Assembly (NCBI RefSeq): GCF_018350175.1
Contig: NC_058369.1
Span: 24,244,001 to 24,308,000 of the forward strand
From: Felis catus
Taxonomy: Eukaryota
Length of the DNA stretch: 64,000 nucleotides
Direction of reading: 5' to 3'
In this document: piece after piece, positions 25,111-38,790 of the stretch
Position numbering within the stretch: the stretch's first letter is position 1
Layout of the letters: each line of letters starts with the position of its first letter
The notes under the pieces: generated by a model
What the model saw: the letters and a program-made list of their open reading frames with translations, nothing else
The model's database searches: none
What the model was told of the DNA's origin: nothing
Made by a program: the position numbers and the translations under genes

Positions 25111-27879
25111 AAAAAACCTGAAAACCTGTCAAATTTAGAATGCAAAACATTCCAATTTTTAAAATTGTGTACTCCCCGAAATAAAATAAAAAGCAAACTA
25201 TAAACAATGTAATCATTATATGCAGAAATACATTTGCACACACATTGAACAGGAAATAATTAAGACCTTTTTTTATGATACTAATTTATCTGAAAGTCAT
25301 AGTCATATATATTTTTTTGATTCAAGTTCAAACTATGTGTATAATTTTCATATTCATGGACTTTTTAATTTATTCAAATAGTAACTGACATCAGAAAAAT
25401 TGGTCTGCCCCTTGGAATACACAAAACACTCATAGAAACTGGAATTAAAAATAAAATAATGGGACAGAGAGAAAAAAACATTTTATAAAATCTTTAAAGT
25501 CTCATGAAAACCATACATAGGTGATTCTGATTTTGAGAAAGATATAACAAATCTTCTGTATATTTTCATTTATGTATTTTCTTTTAATACTTACAGATTC
25601 ATTTTCCACTCTCTGTTCTGAAACTAAATTTTAGTTAGTAAGATACTACCTGCCTTTCATGCTTGTGTTGTTGCTACTTAATTCCTAGGCTGCTATTCAA
25701 CTGCAACTGACTTTATATTTTAAGTGTATCATCTAATCTTTGGCTATTTAAATAATGAATATTTTAGTAATTAAAAATTGTCATTAAGATCACTAAAAAA
25801 AAAAAAAATCATTAAACTCTTTGGGATAAAAGTCTTTTCCTGTCCACACATTGTCAATAAACAAAATACTAATCTTGTCACTTTTTTGGCCACTGTCTCA
25901 GGAATGCTTCTTAAGTACTCAAAGGATTAAATTAAATCTCACCTGCAGACAGGCTTTTGAAATCAGCGGAAAACTTAGTTCTCAAAGGAAAATTACTTTC
26001 ATCATCTTGAATTAAAACTAATGATTGTGTCCTCTGGAATTTGCAAGAAAATATCAGCATCAAAGAAAACAATTTACTTCATGAGAGTTTGTTCTTCAAG
26101 ACTCTGTCTAAAATAATTATTGAAGAGAGAATTCATTTTAGGAAATATTTTTTCAAGGTCATTCTAAAAGAGTCATAAAATTGTGTCACTTAAATTATCT
26201 CAAGTTGATGTCTTTTCACAATTATGACTGTCTTGCTGGGGTTTTAGGAAGTTTTTTTTTTTTTAAGAATTATTTTATTTATAGTCCTTGTTTTTGAGTT
26301 CCAAATTTGGCTTATGGTCTTTTGTTTTTTTAAGGGATTATATAATTTTATGAGCTAAATATTTGAAACCTGCATGCAGGGAATAAAAAGAAAAGATTTA
26401 TTTACGTTTAAAAATTAAATGATAGAAGAAACTGAATCTGAGATTAAAAATATGCATGCACTTGGGAAAAAATGACAGCACTCTACCTAGTAAGTTGAGA
26501 AACTATTTTCCAACTTAAAGTATTCTAAGCTCTTTCATTTAATTTAAGAAATACTTAATAGGATAAAATACTCACATTGCAGAAAATTTCTTCCTAAGAA
26601 GAGGTAGCGTTTCAAAATGTTCCCCACCATGTTGTTATAAGAGTCACTGGTGGGGGTGGGGGGCAGGATTAGGACACAGTTCATTTTTGGACTGTTGCAT
26701 CTACTTCCTAAATAAACAAATGTTGGCTCTTTCTCTCCAAATCAAATGCAAACCCAGAGGAAGGACAAGGAGATGAACCACTAGACTGAAAAATAGAAAC
26801 ATTATGTCAAAGCACCCTACATCATTATTTGCAGACAATTTATTTTGTTATTGCTTAGTATCCTTCATGCTAAATGTTCTGTCCCCTATAGCAAATGTTC
26901 CATTTCAAAAACACAGTAACATGTGCTGGAAAGAGAAACCACCAAAGCAATAGTTCTGGTGGCTAGAGAATATATTTATGGTAGATTAGAAAAATGAACA
27001 TTAATCTGAAGCTCAGTATGTATGAATCATACTATCGATATAATTTGTAAAATACCCTAACAGTATATCACAATTATTTTTTAGTTGGAATAAAAGCTTT
27101 GTGAAACAGAGATTAAAGTGCTGTCTCTAAAATGGGTCTATGTTACATACAAGCACTAAAGGCAAGATTTGTAAATTCGCTTTTTATTCTCTTCTTAGAA
27201 ACAGCACAAAGTATAAACAAATAACATTTCTTCAATTAGGTACATGAGCATGACCTGTTGGATGATCATTCTGTAACTGAGTGTTTTTTCCTTTGATTTT
27301 TACAATTGATTCTTTAAAAAATGTGCTTTATCTGTACATGGCAAGAGCTGCCCCACCCTAAACCTTCCAGAGATCAGTCTTAAATGGCCCCGGCAGAACC
27401 TCTTAGATAGGTCTTGCCTTCCCCCCTCCTATCCCCTCCACTTCAGGTGTATCTCTTTAGGGACATAATCTCACATGTCATTCTAACTATAGTCACAGTA
27501 TCCTGTCTGAGCTTCACAAACATTATACAGTAATTCTGAGCATCTTTAACATTTATCTCAAATATGTGGGGAGCTAATCCTGAAAGGATCTCTGGAAATG
27601 AAGAGTTTTCATGAAGCTAAGACAAAATCCCTTCTCAAGAATTTTTTTGTGACATAATGAGTTATGTTCTTCCCTGGACCAAAGGGATGGGTGGACAAAA
27701 AGCCCACCAGAATGAAATTCAGCAACCTGTGAGAGATACCAGCATCCTAATGATTTGCACAATAAATACAGTCAAGGGTCCAAAAGGGATCAACCATTCT
27801 TATCACTCATTATGTTGTAATGAATCTTTCTCATATCTGCAAAAATGCACTCAATTGTTAAAATATAAAAATTATCCAA

Positions 27880-28068
27880 AATAGTGTGGCTTCCGATTTG
27901 GCCACATAAAAGAATCAGCTGAGTAGCTGAGAATGCAGATTCCTGGGCTCCAGGACCAGAGGTGCTGACTCATTAGGTGCAGAGGGAGGTTGGGTCCACA
28001 TATTTAACAAGGACTGCAGGTCACTTTGATCAAATAGTCCATGGACCAGAGTTTTAAGAAATACTGGC
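27880..28068. mobile_element. MER5-like hAT MITE
   Basis: agaatcagctgagtagctgagaatgcagattcctgggctc...gctgactcattaggt...tttaacaag. Confidence 0.6.
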
Positions 28069-30639
28069 AATGAAACATTTTTACATCAAGCTGAGTAGAG
28101 AAATTAATTTCTCCCTCAATCATCATCTTCTTCGTCATCAAAAAAAATCTGGAAATATTTTCCCTTAGTTTCTCATAACTGAAGTTATTTTTCATAAGTC
28201 TGAGAATTTAAAAAGCACCCCCAGAACATGGATCAAGGTAGAGGCTGGGGCGGGAGGGAGGGACCACTTTCCTTGTACCTTCCTTCTCACGAATAGCTTA
28301 TATATATGTCAGTGGTGTTTGCATTTGGCAGCATCATCTTCTATGAGAAAGCAAGGGCCTAGAAAGATCCAATCTCCCTATAAGTCTCTCTAAATGGGAA
28401 GTCACCAGTTACTTATGACAAAACTTATCCATTGCCTATCTTCACTTGGAACACATAAGAAGTTGAAGATAAGACAAAGAGGCTGAAGATATAAGAAGTA
28501 CCCATAAAAATAACAGGACGTGGTAAATGCTAATGGACAGAGTACAGCATAAAAGAAACAGATTCTGTATATTCTCTTCCTCTCAAGTTGCTGGTAAAGT
28601 AACTTCATGAGATCTTAAATGTGTCAGGAGAAAAGAAGCACAAAAAGATTATGCCTGTGATTTAAACCCTGGGGCTGGAGAGATGAGCTGAAATGGTTAA
28701 GCAAGGCTTTCATTTTTTTCTTTTCTAAGTTTAACTTTGTTCATTCCTTCCAGCAGTAACCATCTGCATTTGAGAGGTCTGATTCCAGCACATGGAGAAT
28801 TTACAAAATAAAATAATGACGCAGGCCCCAGATTCACTCAGCTAATGGAAAGAAGTCCATCTTCTGCAAAGTGTCAAAAATTCAATGTCATCTGCTAGCC
28901 TGACACTAAAGAAAATGCAAACCCGCTTCTTTTCCCAATTAGATTCAGGGTTCCTTAAACCTTCCTGGGAGGCTAGTCTTGTTCTGAAATCATATATTTT
29001 GAAGAAGCAGTCTGTTTTTGTTTATGCACTTTTGTTTCCTATTAAGATCTAGAATGTGTTTTGTGCTTTTATTGTCCAAGGCAGCTTCCCCTTGTGTAAT
29101 TTCTGAATCTCACAGATTGATGTTTCAAGATGGCCATCGACAACTTCTATCCTTTGTTAATGAACTCTTCTGGTCCCTTAATACCATTGGAAGCTTTTCT
29201 TAATCATAGAACACGTCTGGGGTAAGTGATTCACATTCAGATGTATCCAAAGGTACCACACAGCAGATCACTGCAAAATCCCCAGGAAAAGTATATTAAG
29301 ATGCAAGGAGCTGCTGCAAGGAAGCAAGGGATCTTTCCAGAGGAAAATGGATCAGAGTTCACGAGTCAGATACTTTACCAGTAATTAGTTAATGTGTAGC
29401 ATGAACCAACTGTGAAACCAAATGCAGCACGTAAAACACATAGCATCTTTAAATAAGCCCTTAGAATAAAATCAAGAGGAAAACTGGGAAATATCTGAAG
29501 TGTTACACCCCGGGAAAGGTACATGGAATTGCTGGTAGGTCCATTCCAAGGTGGCTTACATACTTACAAGTGCTTTTTTAAGAAGAAGATAGCTGTAACT
29601 TCTAAAAACTAAAAGCAATTTGCCCTCATGCTTAAATTTCCACAGGCTTTCCCCTAAGGCTTACTCTTTTCCATGATTCAGTAATTGCTGGCAAGAGGGG
29701 CCACTTGCACCTCAAAATAAGGGGCAAGTGGCTAATTATTTCTGTACAGGCCCATCTGCAGACTCAATCAGTTGCAGATGTAGAATTGTACCCAAAAAAA
29801 AGCAGCAGCTTCTATACCATAGGGCCCTAGATGGAGCAGAACTCCGAGACAGGCAACACAGTAACCCAGTGATTCATAGGGTGCTTCTCTACTTAGTCCC
29901 CCAAATGGGCTGCCTTGGTGATCTTCTTTAGGACAAATGAACAAGAACAGTCAAAACAATAGGATTAAGTATATGTCGGTGACATTCTGATGAGCAAGTC
30001 AAACCAACTCTCCATACTTATCTTGATGTAAGTATGAAGGCTTAGATTGCTTCAGTGTTTTGCTAGATCTGCCTCAGTCTTCTTTTCACTCCAGAAGGAA
30101 AGAACAAGAAGGAAACACTATCCAGAGGGAGGCCTCCCATGCCAGGTGCTGTGTTTGTTGATTGAACCTTCATGATGACCCTATGATTTGGTAACAATGA
30201 TCCCTATTTCACAGACAAGAAAAACTATCACATTTCTACTAGATGGAAAAGTAGGACTTGAACCTAGATGTGTCAGATTCTAAACACTGTCCTTTTTTTT
30301 TTAACCATAGTCATATAGCCACTACTTTAATATTTATTGTTTTAATATTTAATGTAGATTGGACACAGCAGCTCAAGAATAGCTCTTCTGTAATCATTTA
30401 TTCCTGACTGGTCTGACTACATACTATTAACACTTCCCTTTGCCCACCTCCCACAGGTACAGTCCCAGGAAAGATCTAACAGTTACAAGACAATGCACAG
30501 TAAATTGTTCACTAATAAGAAGATCAAGGCATCTTTTTTCCTGATGTGTCTATGTATATACATATATATACATACACACATATATCATATACATATATAT
30601 ACTTTTTAAATTTATATTTTTATATGTTTTAGCTTATCC

Positions 30640-32260
30640 AGTATTAAGCTAATATTTGTATGCCAGATACCCTTGCAGACCTGGCAAAGAAGCCAAACAA
30701 GCTCCTAGCCCCCACAAGGGTTTATGTACATAAAAGGAGGAAGTCAATACACCAGTCAACAAATGCTCATAAAACACAGTAACTTCAGACAGAAGTACAA
30801 AGTATATGAAAAAACTAAATCAGATCAGGAAACAGAAAATGGTGGAAGTTAGAACAGCGTTATGTCAGATGTGGTGCTTGAGAAGACTTCTTGGAGGCAG
30901 TGACATCTGAGCAGAGACATGAATGCTATGAAGAACCAAATGGGGAGAACTACAGTACAAAGGCCCTGAGGTCAGAAAAAGACAGGGGAGTTCAGGAACA
31001 GCAAGAAGGCTTCACAAATCAACAGACAGCATCATACTGCCTGGTAATAAAGCTTTTTACCTCCAAAGAGATTAAAATATGATTAAAATCTCTATAAAAG
31101 CTGAGGCAGTCACCCATTCTTTTGTTATTTACTTATTCACCCACTGATTTGACAGAGAATTAACAGAGAATTATTGGGTGTCTACTACAGGAAGGATGCC
31201 TAGTTAGATGGTTTACAGAGGTATGTTCCCTAGCATGAGACTCCCAACCTAGGGGTCAATTCACCAATAGCACATCAGAACAGACTCCACAGAGAGAGAA
31301 GAGAAGAAAAACCTCATGCCTGAAGACCCAAACAGAACCTTCCCCCAAATTCAGAGAGTACCAAGGTGAACTCAGTATTAGATTGGGCAATCCTCCAGGG
31401 TCAAGCTGATTAAGTGATATTCAGTCTTATATACTCTGGTTGGGATACAGGAACATACCCTTGAACCTCAGAGAAGCTGGGGTTCTATTTCTAGGGGCAC
31501 TACAAGGTTTCTACCAATGTTGAATGAGTGGAGGAAGTATATGCAGTCATAAGACCTTGTGTAATACAGAAAACTGGAGAGTTTCCCTACACTCTGCAGT
31601 CATATCACATATGGCAGGATAGAAAGGCCCAGAGAAGTTGGAATTCCCCCAGTTAGCTGAGCATTCCAAGCCTCAGTGTTCTACTTTCTATAGCTAGAAT
31701 GATAATCATGTTTCCCCAAACATCTTCATTTACTCAACAGATACTAGCTGAGTGCTAGGTACCCACTAGATATTGGGACAAAGCAATGAACAACACAGCT
31801 CCTGTCTTCAAGGATCTTATAAGGGAGAAGACCCAGAAATAAACAGGGAATTACAAAGCAGTGTGATGTTATGAGTAAGTACAGAGCCAGCATGGCACTT
31901 AGGAAGAGTCCCGCTCATTCTATGGGTCAAGGAAAATGTCCTCTGAGGAGGAGAAAGTGTGCAGAAAGAGGCAACAGAGAGCAACGTTTTGTTCTAGGAT
32001 CTGGAAGTAGCTCCAAATGGCTACAGGAGAGAGTGAAGGGGGCAAAAGTGGGACAGAGGAGGCCCAAATTACAAGGGATTGTGAGAATACTAAGGACCAT
32101 TATCCTGAGGGTAACGGGAGCCTTTAAAGTTTGGAGCATGGGAACAGCATGACTCGACTTACGTTTGATGAAGATGATGCTGGCTGGTATGGGTGAATGT
32201 AGAGGAGAGCAGGGTGAAAGCAGCAAGGGCAGGCAGCTCCCACAGCCATGCAAGCAAGAT
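30640..32260. mobile_element. Degraded L2 fragments (~30640-31010, ~31720-32260) with a MIR piece
   Basis: ggaggcagtgacatctgagcagagacatgaa, tttactcaacagatactagctgagtgc...caaagcaatgaacaa and gacttacgtttgatgaagatgatgctggctg. Confidence 0.55.
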
Positions 32261-32289
32261 GACTGTGATGGGGCACCCACATGACAGCA

Positions 32290-32616
32290 ACTGGACAACT
32301 TCAACAGGTGAATGGACAGACAACTGCAGTTCATCCACACAATGGAATACTACTTGGCTATAAAAAGTGATGAACTACTGGTGCCCACAACTGCACAAAT
32401 GAACCTCAAATGTCAAGTGAAAGAAGCCATGCCCAAAGAATAGAGAAGTATGATTCTACTTACATGAGACTGTGAAAAACGCAAAATTACAAGGACAAAA
32501 CAACAGATCAGTGGGTTGCAGGGGCTAAGGCTCACTTGCAAACCGGCACCAGGGACTTTCACAGGATGATGAAACTGTTGTATATCTTAATCACAGTGGT
32601 GGTCACATGACTATAT
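32290..32616 (+). mobile_element. Ancient L1M 3'UTR fragment
   Basis: caacaggtgaatggacag...catccacacaatggaatactac...aagtgaaagaagcca. Confidence 0.8.
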
Positions 32617-32630
32617 GCATTTTTTAAAAT

Positions 32631-32990
32631 TATTTTTAAGACTTTATTTTTTTAAGAGTAGATTTAGGTTCAGAGAAAAATTGAAGGGAAGGTATATACC
32701 CTGCACTCAAGCATGCACAGCTTCCCCATCATCAATATCACTCACCATACATGTGTTACAACCGATGAATCTACACTAACACATCATTATCACCCAAAAA
32801 TCCATAGTCAACTCTTAGTGTTGTACATTCTATGGGTTTGGACAAATATATAATGATGTATATCTACCAGTATAGTATCACAGTGTATTTTCACTGCCCT
32901 AAAAATCCTGTGTTCTGCCTATTCATCCCTCTCTCCACCCCAACCCTGGCAACCACTGGTTCTTTTTCCGTCTCCATATTTTTGCTCTAG
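32631..32990 (-). mobile_element. L1MC/MD-like 3'-end fragment
   Basis: ttaagagtagatttaggttcagagaaaaattga...caaccctggcaaccactg. Flanked by the 14-bp repeat gcattttttaaaat. Confidence 0.8.
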
Positions 32991-35037
32991 GCATTTTTTA
33001 AAATGCATGGTTGTACACCACCTATGTAGGCCCAAGAGTACAATTTTACCATATATAAATCACATAATATATTTTTAAATGACTGGACTGGTAAAAAGTG
33101 ATTACATATCTAAAGGTTTGAACCACTAAAACTCGAATAAGAGGCAGAGCCCATGGCCTCCATGAGATGTTTCTGCATAACACCCTCAGTCTGAAACACT
33201 CTCCAATTGGGTTTGGGATCTCCAGGGGATGAGGATAGAAGAAGCCTGCTGGTTGATTGTTGAGGCTCCTTTGTCTCAGATTCACATGCAAAAAGAGGTG
33301 GGAAAGTGTTAGGATCAAGTGTGAAAACATGTATGCCTATAAGACCCTACCATGACTACCACCAACTGGCCCTGCCTAACTCCCCAGCCTCCTTTCAACC
33401 CTGCCTCCACTGAAGCTCTTGAACTGATAAACTCCCTCACCTCCACACTCTCTATCTTGACAAACAGTTTGTCTTTTTTCCCCTTCCCCTGAAATGGCAC
33501 AGGTTTCCCTGAGACCTTCCCATCCCTGCAAGGGAGTGAGCCCCTTCCCCCACCCAGCTTCTACTCTTCTGCTCTCTGCACCTGTACTTTTTCATGACAC
33601 TCCCTGCAACTACAGTCAGGTCATTAAGTCCCTAATTACAGCCTGACTCTTATTTACTGTCATCTTCCACCGAGGATCCCTGGGGTCAGGGACCCCATCT
33701 TTCTCATCTCCTCCTATGTCCCTAGTCTCTAGTACAGAATAGGCCTCAATACATGTGTTAAATAAATTTCAATAAATTGCTCATTAAAAATATAAGATAT
33801 TTTGGAACATCTTGATTCTTCTAAATGAGTAGTTAATAGGGAAAGCAGGTGAGAAACTTATATAAGGCCTCTTTCCCCTCATTTCCCCTCATTTACAGAG
33901 AGAAGAAAGCCTCTTTCCTCTCATTTCCCCAATGCATGCAGCTGAAGTACTCAAGATAAGATACATGCAGGCAGGACCTATTTACTGTTCAGAATGAGGC
34001 ACTTCCCTAGGCTGTAGGCTTCATGGGAACTTTGCTCTGCTTGCTCTGAAATGAATGCAATTCATGATTCGTAGATTCAATAAGAGGCCCAGGAATAATT
34101 TTCCAATGCCCTGTTGGAACTCAGATAAGTGCTAGAATGAAAACATTTACCAGCAGATTAAGATGGTTTCAACAATTCCATTATAAACCCCTATTTTCAG
34201 GGACTTGCATGATAAGCCAGAAACTTAATTCTAAGCTGAAACTTACCATATAATGATGGACTGTCTTCACAGATATTTTTTTAAATAAACGGAGAAAGAG
34301 AGAGAGTCCAACCTTTAGCCACTTGTAAGTTACTGGATTGCCATAAAAGAAAAACTGAAAAGCAGTTTCCGTGTTTCTTTAAAACATTCTTATAGAGAGG
34401 AAAAGTCTTTGTTTTCAACATTAATCTTGAGGACCAGTCATCAGAGATGAGACCACTGCACAAACATGGGAAATGTTTTTTATGGGAAAGTTGACTCAGG
34501 CAAAAAAGGGTGTCGACTTCCATCACCACAGTGCACTGGGCAGCCATTTGAAAAAACAGGACAAATTTAACCTGGTCACATTTATTTGTCAGACTTAGTG
34601 TCCCAAGATGTAGGAAACAGCAACTACTGCTGTTCTCTAGACACAATAAATTGAGCATAAACTATGCTCTCTAAGGTCTCTAAAGGCCCCAGAGAGAAAA
34701 CCAGACTTTGAGAAATGTGGGCAGTACATGCACTGTCCATTTTGCTTAAAAGAAAGTATAAATAACAGCCACACAATTCTAGCAATGTGCCCTTAGCCCA
34801 GACTGTAAAATCCCAGCATGTCTCCAATGAAGTTCAGAGGCACCACTATTATGGGTGCCCTATGGATAGTTTAACAATCACTACAAACTTGTTCACTCTG
34901 TACAAAGCTACAGATTGCTTTCAGCCAGAAAAAGAAAAGGAGCTTGAAACGATGTGGCCATGTGGATTCTGTTCTCAATCCACTATAGACATTAAATAAA
35001 GAGCCAGTATTATGGAAAAAGGCAGTACAGTAAAGTG

Positions 35038-35233
35038 CAGGGTCAGCAAACTCTGGCCCGCAGGCCAGTTTCCAGCCCACCACCTGTTTTTGTAAACAAA
35101 ATTTACTGAAACCCAGCCATGTCCATTTGTGTACATAATGTCTATACCTGCTTTACTGCTTTGTTACAAATAGCAGAATTGAGGAATTGCAATAGAGACC
35201 ATCTGGCCCTTTAAAAATACTTGATGACTCCTG
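35038..35233 (+). mobile_element. MER58A-like hAT MITE inserted into a MIR
   Basis: cagggtcagcaaactctggcccgcaggcca...tgtttttgtaaac...tgatgactcctg. Degenerate 8-bp TSD gtaaagtg/atgaagtg. Confidence 0.8.
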
Positions 35234-37235
35234 ATGAAGTGGATAAGAGATTAGAACTCTGCATGACCTTAGGCAGTTAACTAATCTCTTTGAGCCTTGG
35301 GTTCATCAACTCTACAATGGGATAAAAATTATAATACCTATCCCATAGGGTAATTATGGTAGCTACAGAAGTTAATGCATTTATAGAAAGCTAGGAGGGA
35401 AATGGGATTTTAAGAGCTGGCACCTGAATTTCACTTGGGGATAAAACTGACCTTGCTTAGGGAATTAGGAAATATTACCCAGTCCTTTTCACACAGGAAA
35501 GACAAGGGGTTGGAGGCGTGGTCTGTAGGGAGGCAGAGGAGCACACAATGACCTGAACTCAGCTATACTCAAGTGAGCTGGGGTGAAAGTGTAAAGGAAG
35601 ATAAGGTGGGCCAGGGAGAGAAATAGGCAGGAGACAGGGCAAGCTGCTGAAATAAGGAGACAAAGGTAACCAGTCAAAAACTCCACAGGATGAGGCAACA
35701 CAAACTTCGCAAAGAATCAGGAAGCCTGGTGCTCCATTTTCTCAAGTATGGCCTATTGTGACCTGCTCTCCCACCTTAAAGTTTCAGGAAGGGCTGCTCA
35801 CCCACCACACACCTTGTGTGAGTGGTAAAAGTAGAAATTAAGCCAGGGGCAGAGTGGGGAATGGAAGAGGTGCTGTGTTCAATGATGGGGTACACAGAAC
35901 AACAAGACCTACTAGGGGAAGGAGGTATAGACCAGTTCAGCAGTGTAACAAGGGTGGAAACTCACAACTGAAGGGTATCCTGAGAACAGGAGGCTGTGAG
36001 GGACAGTGAGGGACAGCCCCCTTTAGGGGGATGGGCTTCTTACTGGATATGGAATTGGACAAGTAAGCTATATTTACTCATCTCAAAGGACAGGGTGACC
36101 TTGGATGGTTCCTGAGTTACACACATTAGGAACTTAGCACAGAAGCTGCCACATAAAACACTTCTTGATCTTTCATATGTCCTTGCCAATATGATTACTG
36201 TTGTTGGTACTATTTACTGGGAGTCAGAAAACGTGATTCCCACTGCTTTTCTATCTCATGATCTCAAACTATTTAACTACTTCTAGACCTCAGCTTCCTT
36301 ATCTAGAAAATTAGGCATAATAGCCACCCTGATGACCCCACAGGGTTACTGAAGAGCTCAAGCGGCACATGTGCCCCATGAACACTGTAAAGCCCCATCC
36401 CAGTGTAATGTGGCATCATTAAGAAATAGTTGACTTTTTGGCAAAACATTAACCAATCTAACCCCTTAAAACCAAAACTTCAAAGATCCTGAAGCAGTTT
36501 ACATTTTCTCCCCTCTTAATTCTAGGCAATAAAACTGGTGACTACCTCAGAGCTGCATTAGGAGATAGGAAGAGGTAGGCCAACTGCAGCTCATGGTCCT
36601 TCTTTTCCAATAGTCTGAGACCATTCATTTGAAAGTGTGCCTTTAAACCATCTTGAACTTTCTTTCAGGTTCCTACTTGAACTTGTATCAATTGTATGGC
36701 AATCATTATATCCACTTGGTTTTTAGCATTAAGGTCACACTCCTTTGGGGAAACAGATGAGAGTAAGATAAACTCATCTTTACATAAAGATGTCTACAAT
36801 ATCTGCATCCTGACCCAGGGCTGTAGGGCTATTTCTTTAGGGAATGTCAAGTAGTGCTTCAAGAAAAATAGCAGGACTATGCCCACACATGGCCCAAAGT
36901 GATGACCCTGCTTTGAATTGAAATACATTGCTGAACAGGGGAAAGTGACTTCAAGGGTTTGAAAAGAAAAATTCAAGAAAAACTCATTTCAAACCACTGC
37001 AGCCAACTCTATTTTGAGATAACAAATGAGTGAAGCCCTGACATGGATCACAGTGGGTGAACAATAATATTGAATAAATGACTGAATAAATGCCATTCAT
37101 ATATCCATTATCCCATTTCACACTCATCACAATCCAATGGGGGAAGAAAGTGTTTTATCAAGGACAAAACTGAGGCTTAAAGCAGTAAAATAACTGGACC
37201 AAGTCCACACAGGTAGTAAGTAAGTCACTAGTTCA

Positions 37236-37442
37236 GGGGGTGGCTCAGTTGGTTAAGCGGCCAACTTTAGCTCAGGTCATGATCTTGCAGTTCACGAGTT
37301 CAAGCCCTGCATCAGGCTCTGTGCTGAGAGTACAGAGTCTGGAGCCTGCTTGAGATTCTGTGTCTCCCTCTCTCTCTGCTCCTCCCCTGTTCTCTCTAGC
37401 TCTCTCAAAAATAGACATTAAAACATTAAAACAAACAAAACA
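37236..37442 (+). mobile_element. CAN-SINE with a small head deletion
   Basis: gggggtggctcagttggttaagcgg..., CT tract, A-rich tail. Confidence 0.9.
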
Positions 37443-38595
37443 CAGTCCGGCTCCTTTGGAACAATGGTTAAAATCAAGTGATTCTGCCAATACAATACCC
37501 AGCAAGCAAGCAGGAAAACATGGGTGCAATAACATAATAAAAGGCCTGTTTTCAAGATGCTCCCATTTTTATTAAGTCATTCAAAATTGCCCTCATGCTT
37601 AGCATATATACTTCTACAGTGAAAAGCAATTAAGATCTGACGTGAGCCAAATGCTGGTCTTCAGAGGTTCACAGCCCTCGTGGCAGTGTGATGTAATCCA
37701 ATACTCCAATGCAGTGGCTCCGAAAGACAATGCTAGTGTTGAGTTACAAAATTCGTTACCTCGAGTGGGTGAGACACAAGCCCTCTGTGTATAAGCTATC
37801 AAAGCCCCACTGAACAAACTGAAATGCCGAACACAGCAACCTGGGCCCCTTTAACTCAACATCTGCTCAACAGTTTGCCTCTCCACCAGCCAGCAAAGGT
37901 AATGTGATATGGCCTGCCTGCTATAAAGCCTGGGTAGGCTGACAGAACAACCTGAGCTGGTGCACTGTAGATGGGATGGCAGTGTTCTTTGATGGGAAGG
38001 GCAGACATGGGGAGAAAAGACAGGCATGGGTTGCCTTCAAGTTTCAGAGATTTTTCTCTCCCAGCAGAATAGCATATGAAGCCAGTCATTGCCCTCCCTT
38101 CCAAGGAGCGATATTACTTTTTTTCAGACAATAAAATTCATGGAAAGTGAAATGGTTTGATTATCTTTAGCACCAGTAAATTTTATCGTAATCCATGGCC
38201 AAATATATTTATGTCTGGCTCTGATATACAACCTTAGCTTCTATTGTTCACAGGAAATTTGACTTAAAAGACATTCGTCATCAAGTCTGCCCCAAAGAGC
38301 TCAAGCAGTACTCTTCCTACTAGAATGTCCTGCACAAGAAGCGAGATGGACAGACTTCAGAGGTAATGGAGGCTGACTTCTAAATCTCCCACTCTCCAGG
38401 GGCCCATCAGCCCCATCATTAGAACACGACTCAGCTGTAGAGTCTTCTTACTTTTACAGTGAATTCATTCCATCTCCACCTCCTGGCCCAACCTGCTCTG
38501 AGTCTCTTTTCTCTCTACTTGCACTTATCCCTGTGTTGAGAGTTGCCATGTTGTGGTTGGTACTATCTGTCCATATTTCGACAACAACGACAAAC

Positions 38596-38790
38596 AGGGA
38601 TGGATCCAGATTTTGTGGGGGCTGAATTGACTGGGAGTAGGGGAGGCTCTTTTTAAAAACATACAGAAATATCTTAATTTTCTAAAATTAACAAAACATA
38701 TAAAAATGAGAACATACTTCCAGGGCTTTGGAAGAGACTTGCAGAAGGAAGAGAGCATGAACTTGAATCATTAGTAATAATGCATGCCTA
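38596..38790 (+). mobile_element. MER53-like hAT MITE
   Basis: gggatggatccagattttgtgggggctgaa...ctctttttaaaaacatacagaaa. Confidence 0.55.

Noticed and set aside
24627..25243. Recurrent ORFs such as GAPGWRSRLSVRLQPGHDL (also at 48188 and 54614)
   Set aside because: Translations of CAN-SINE sequence, not a gene family.
25130..26450. Very AT-rich stretch possibly from an old DNA transposon
   Set aside because: Could not identify terminal repeats or a family by eye.
33867..33930. 22-bp near-direct repeat gcctctttcc(c/t)ctcatttcccc
   Set aside because: Local low-complexity duplication with no element between the copies.
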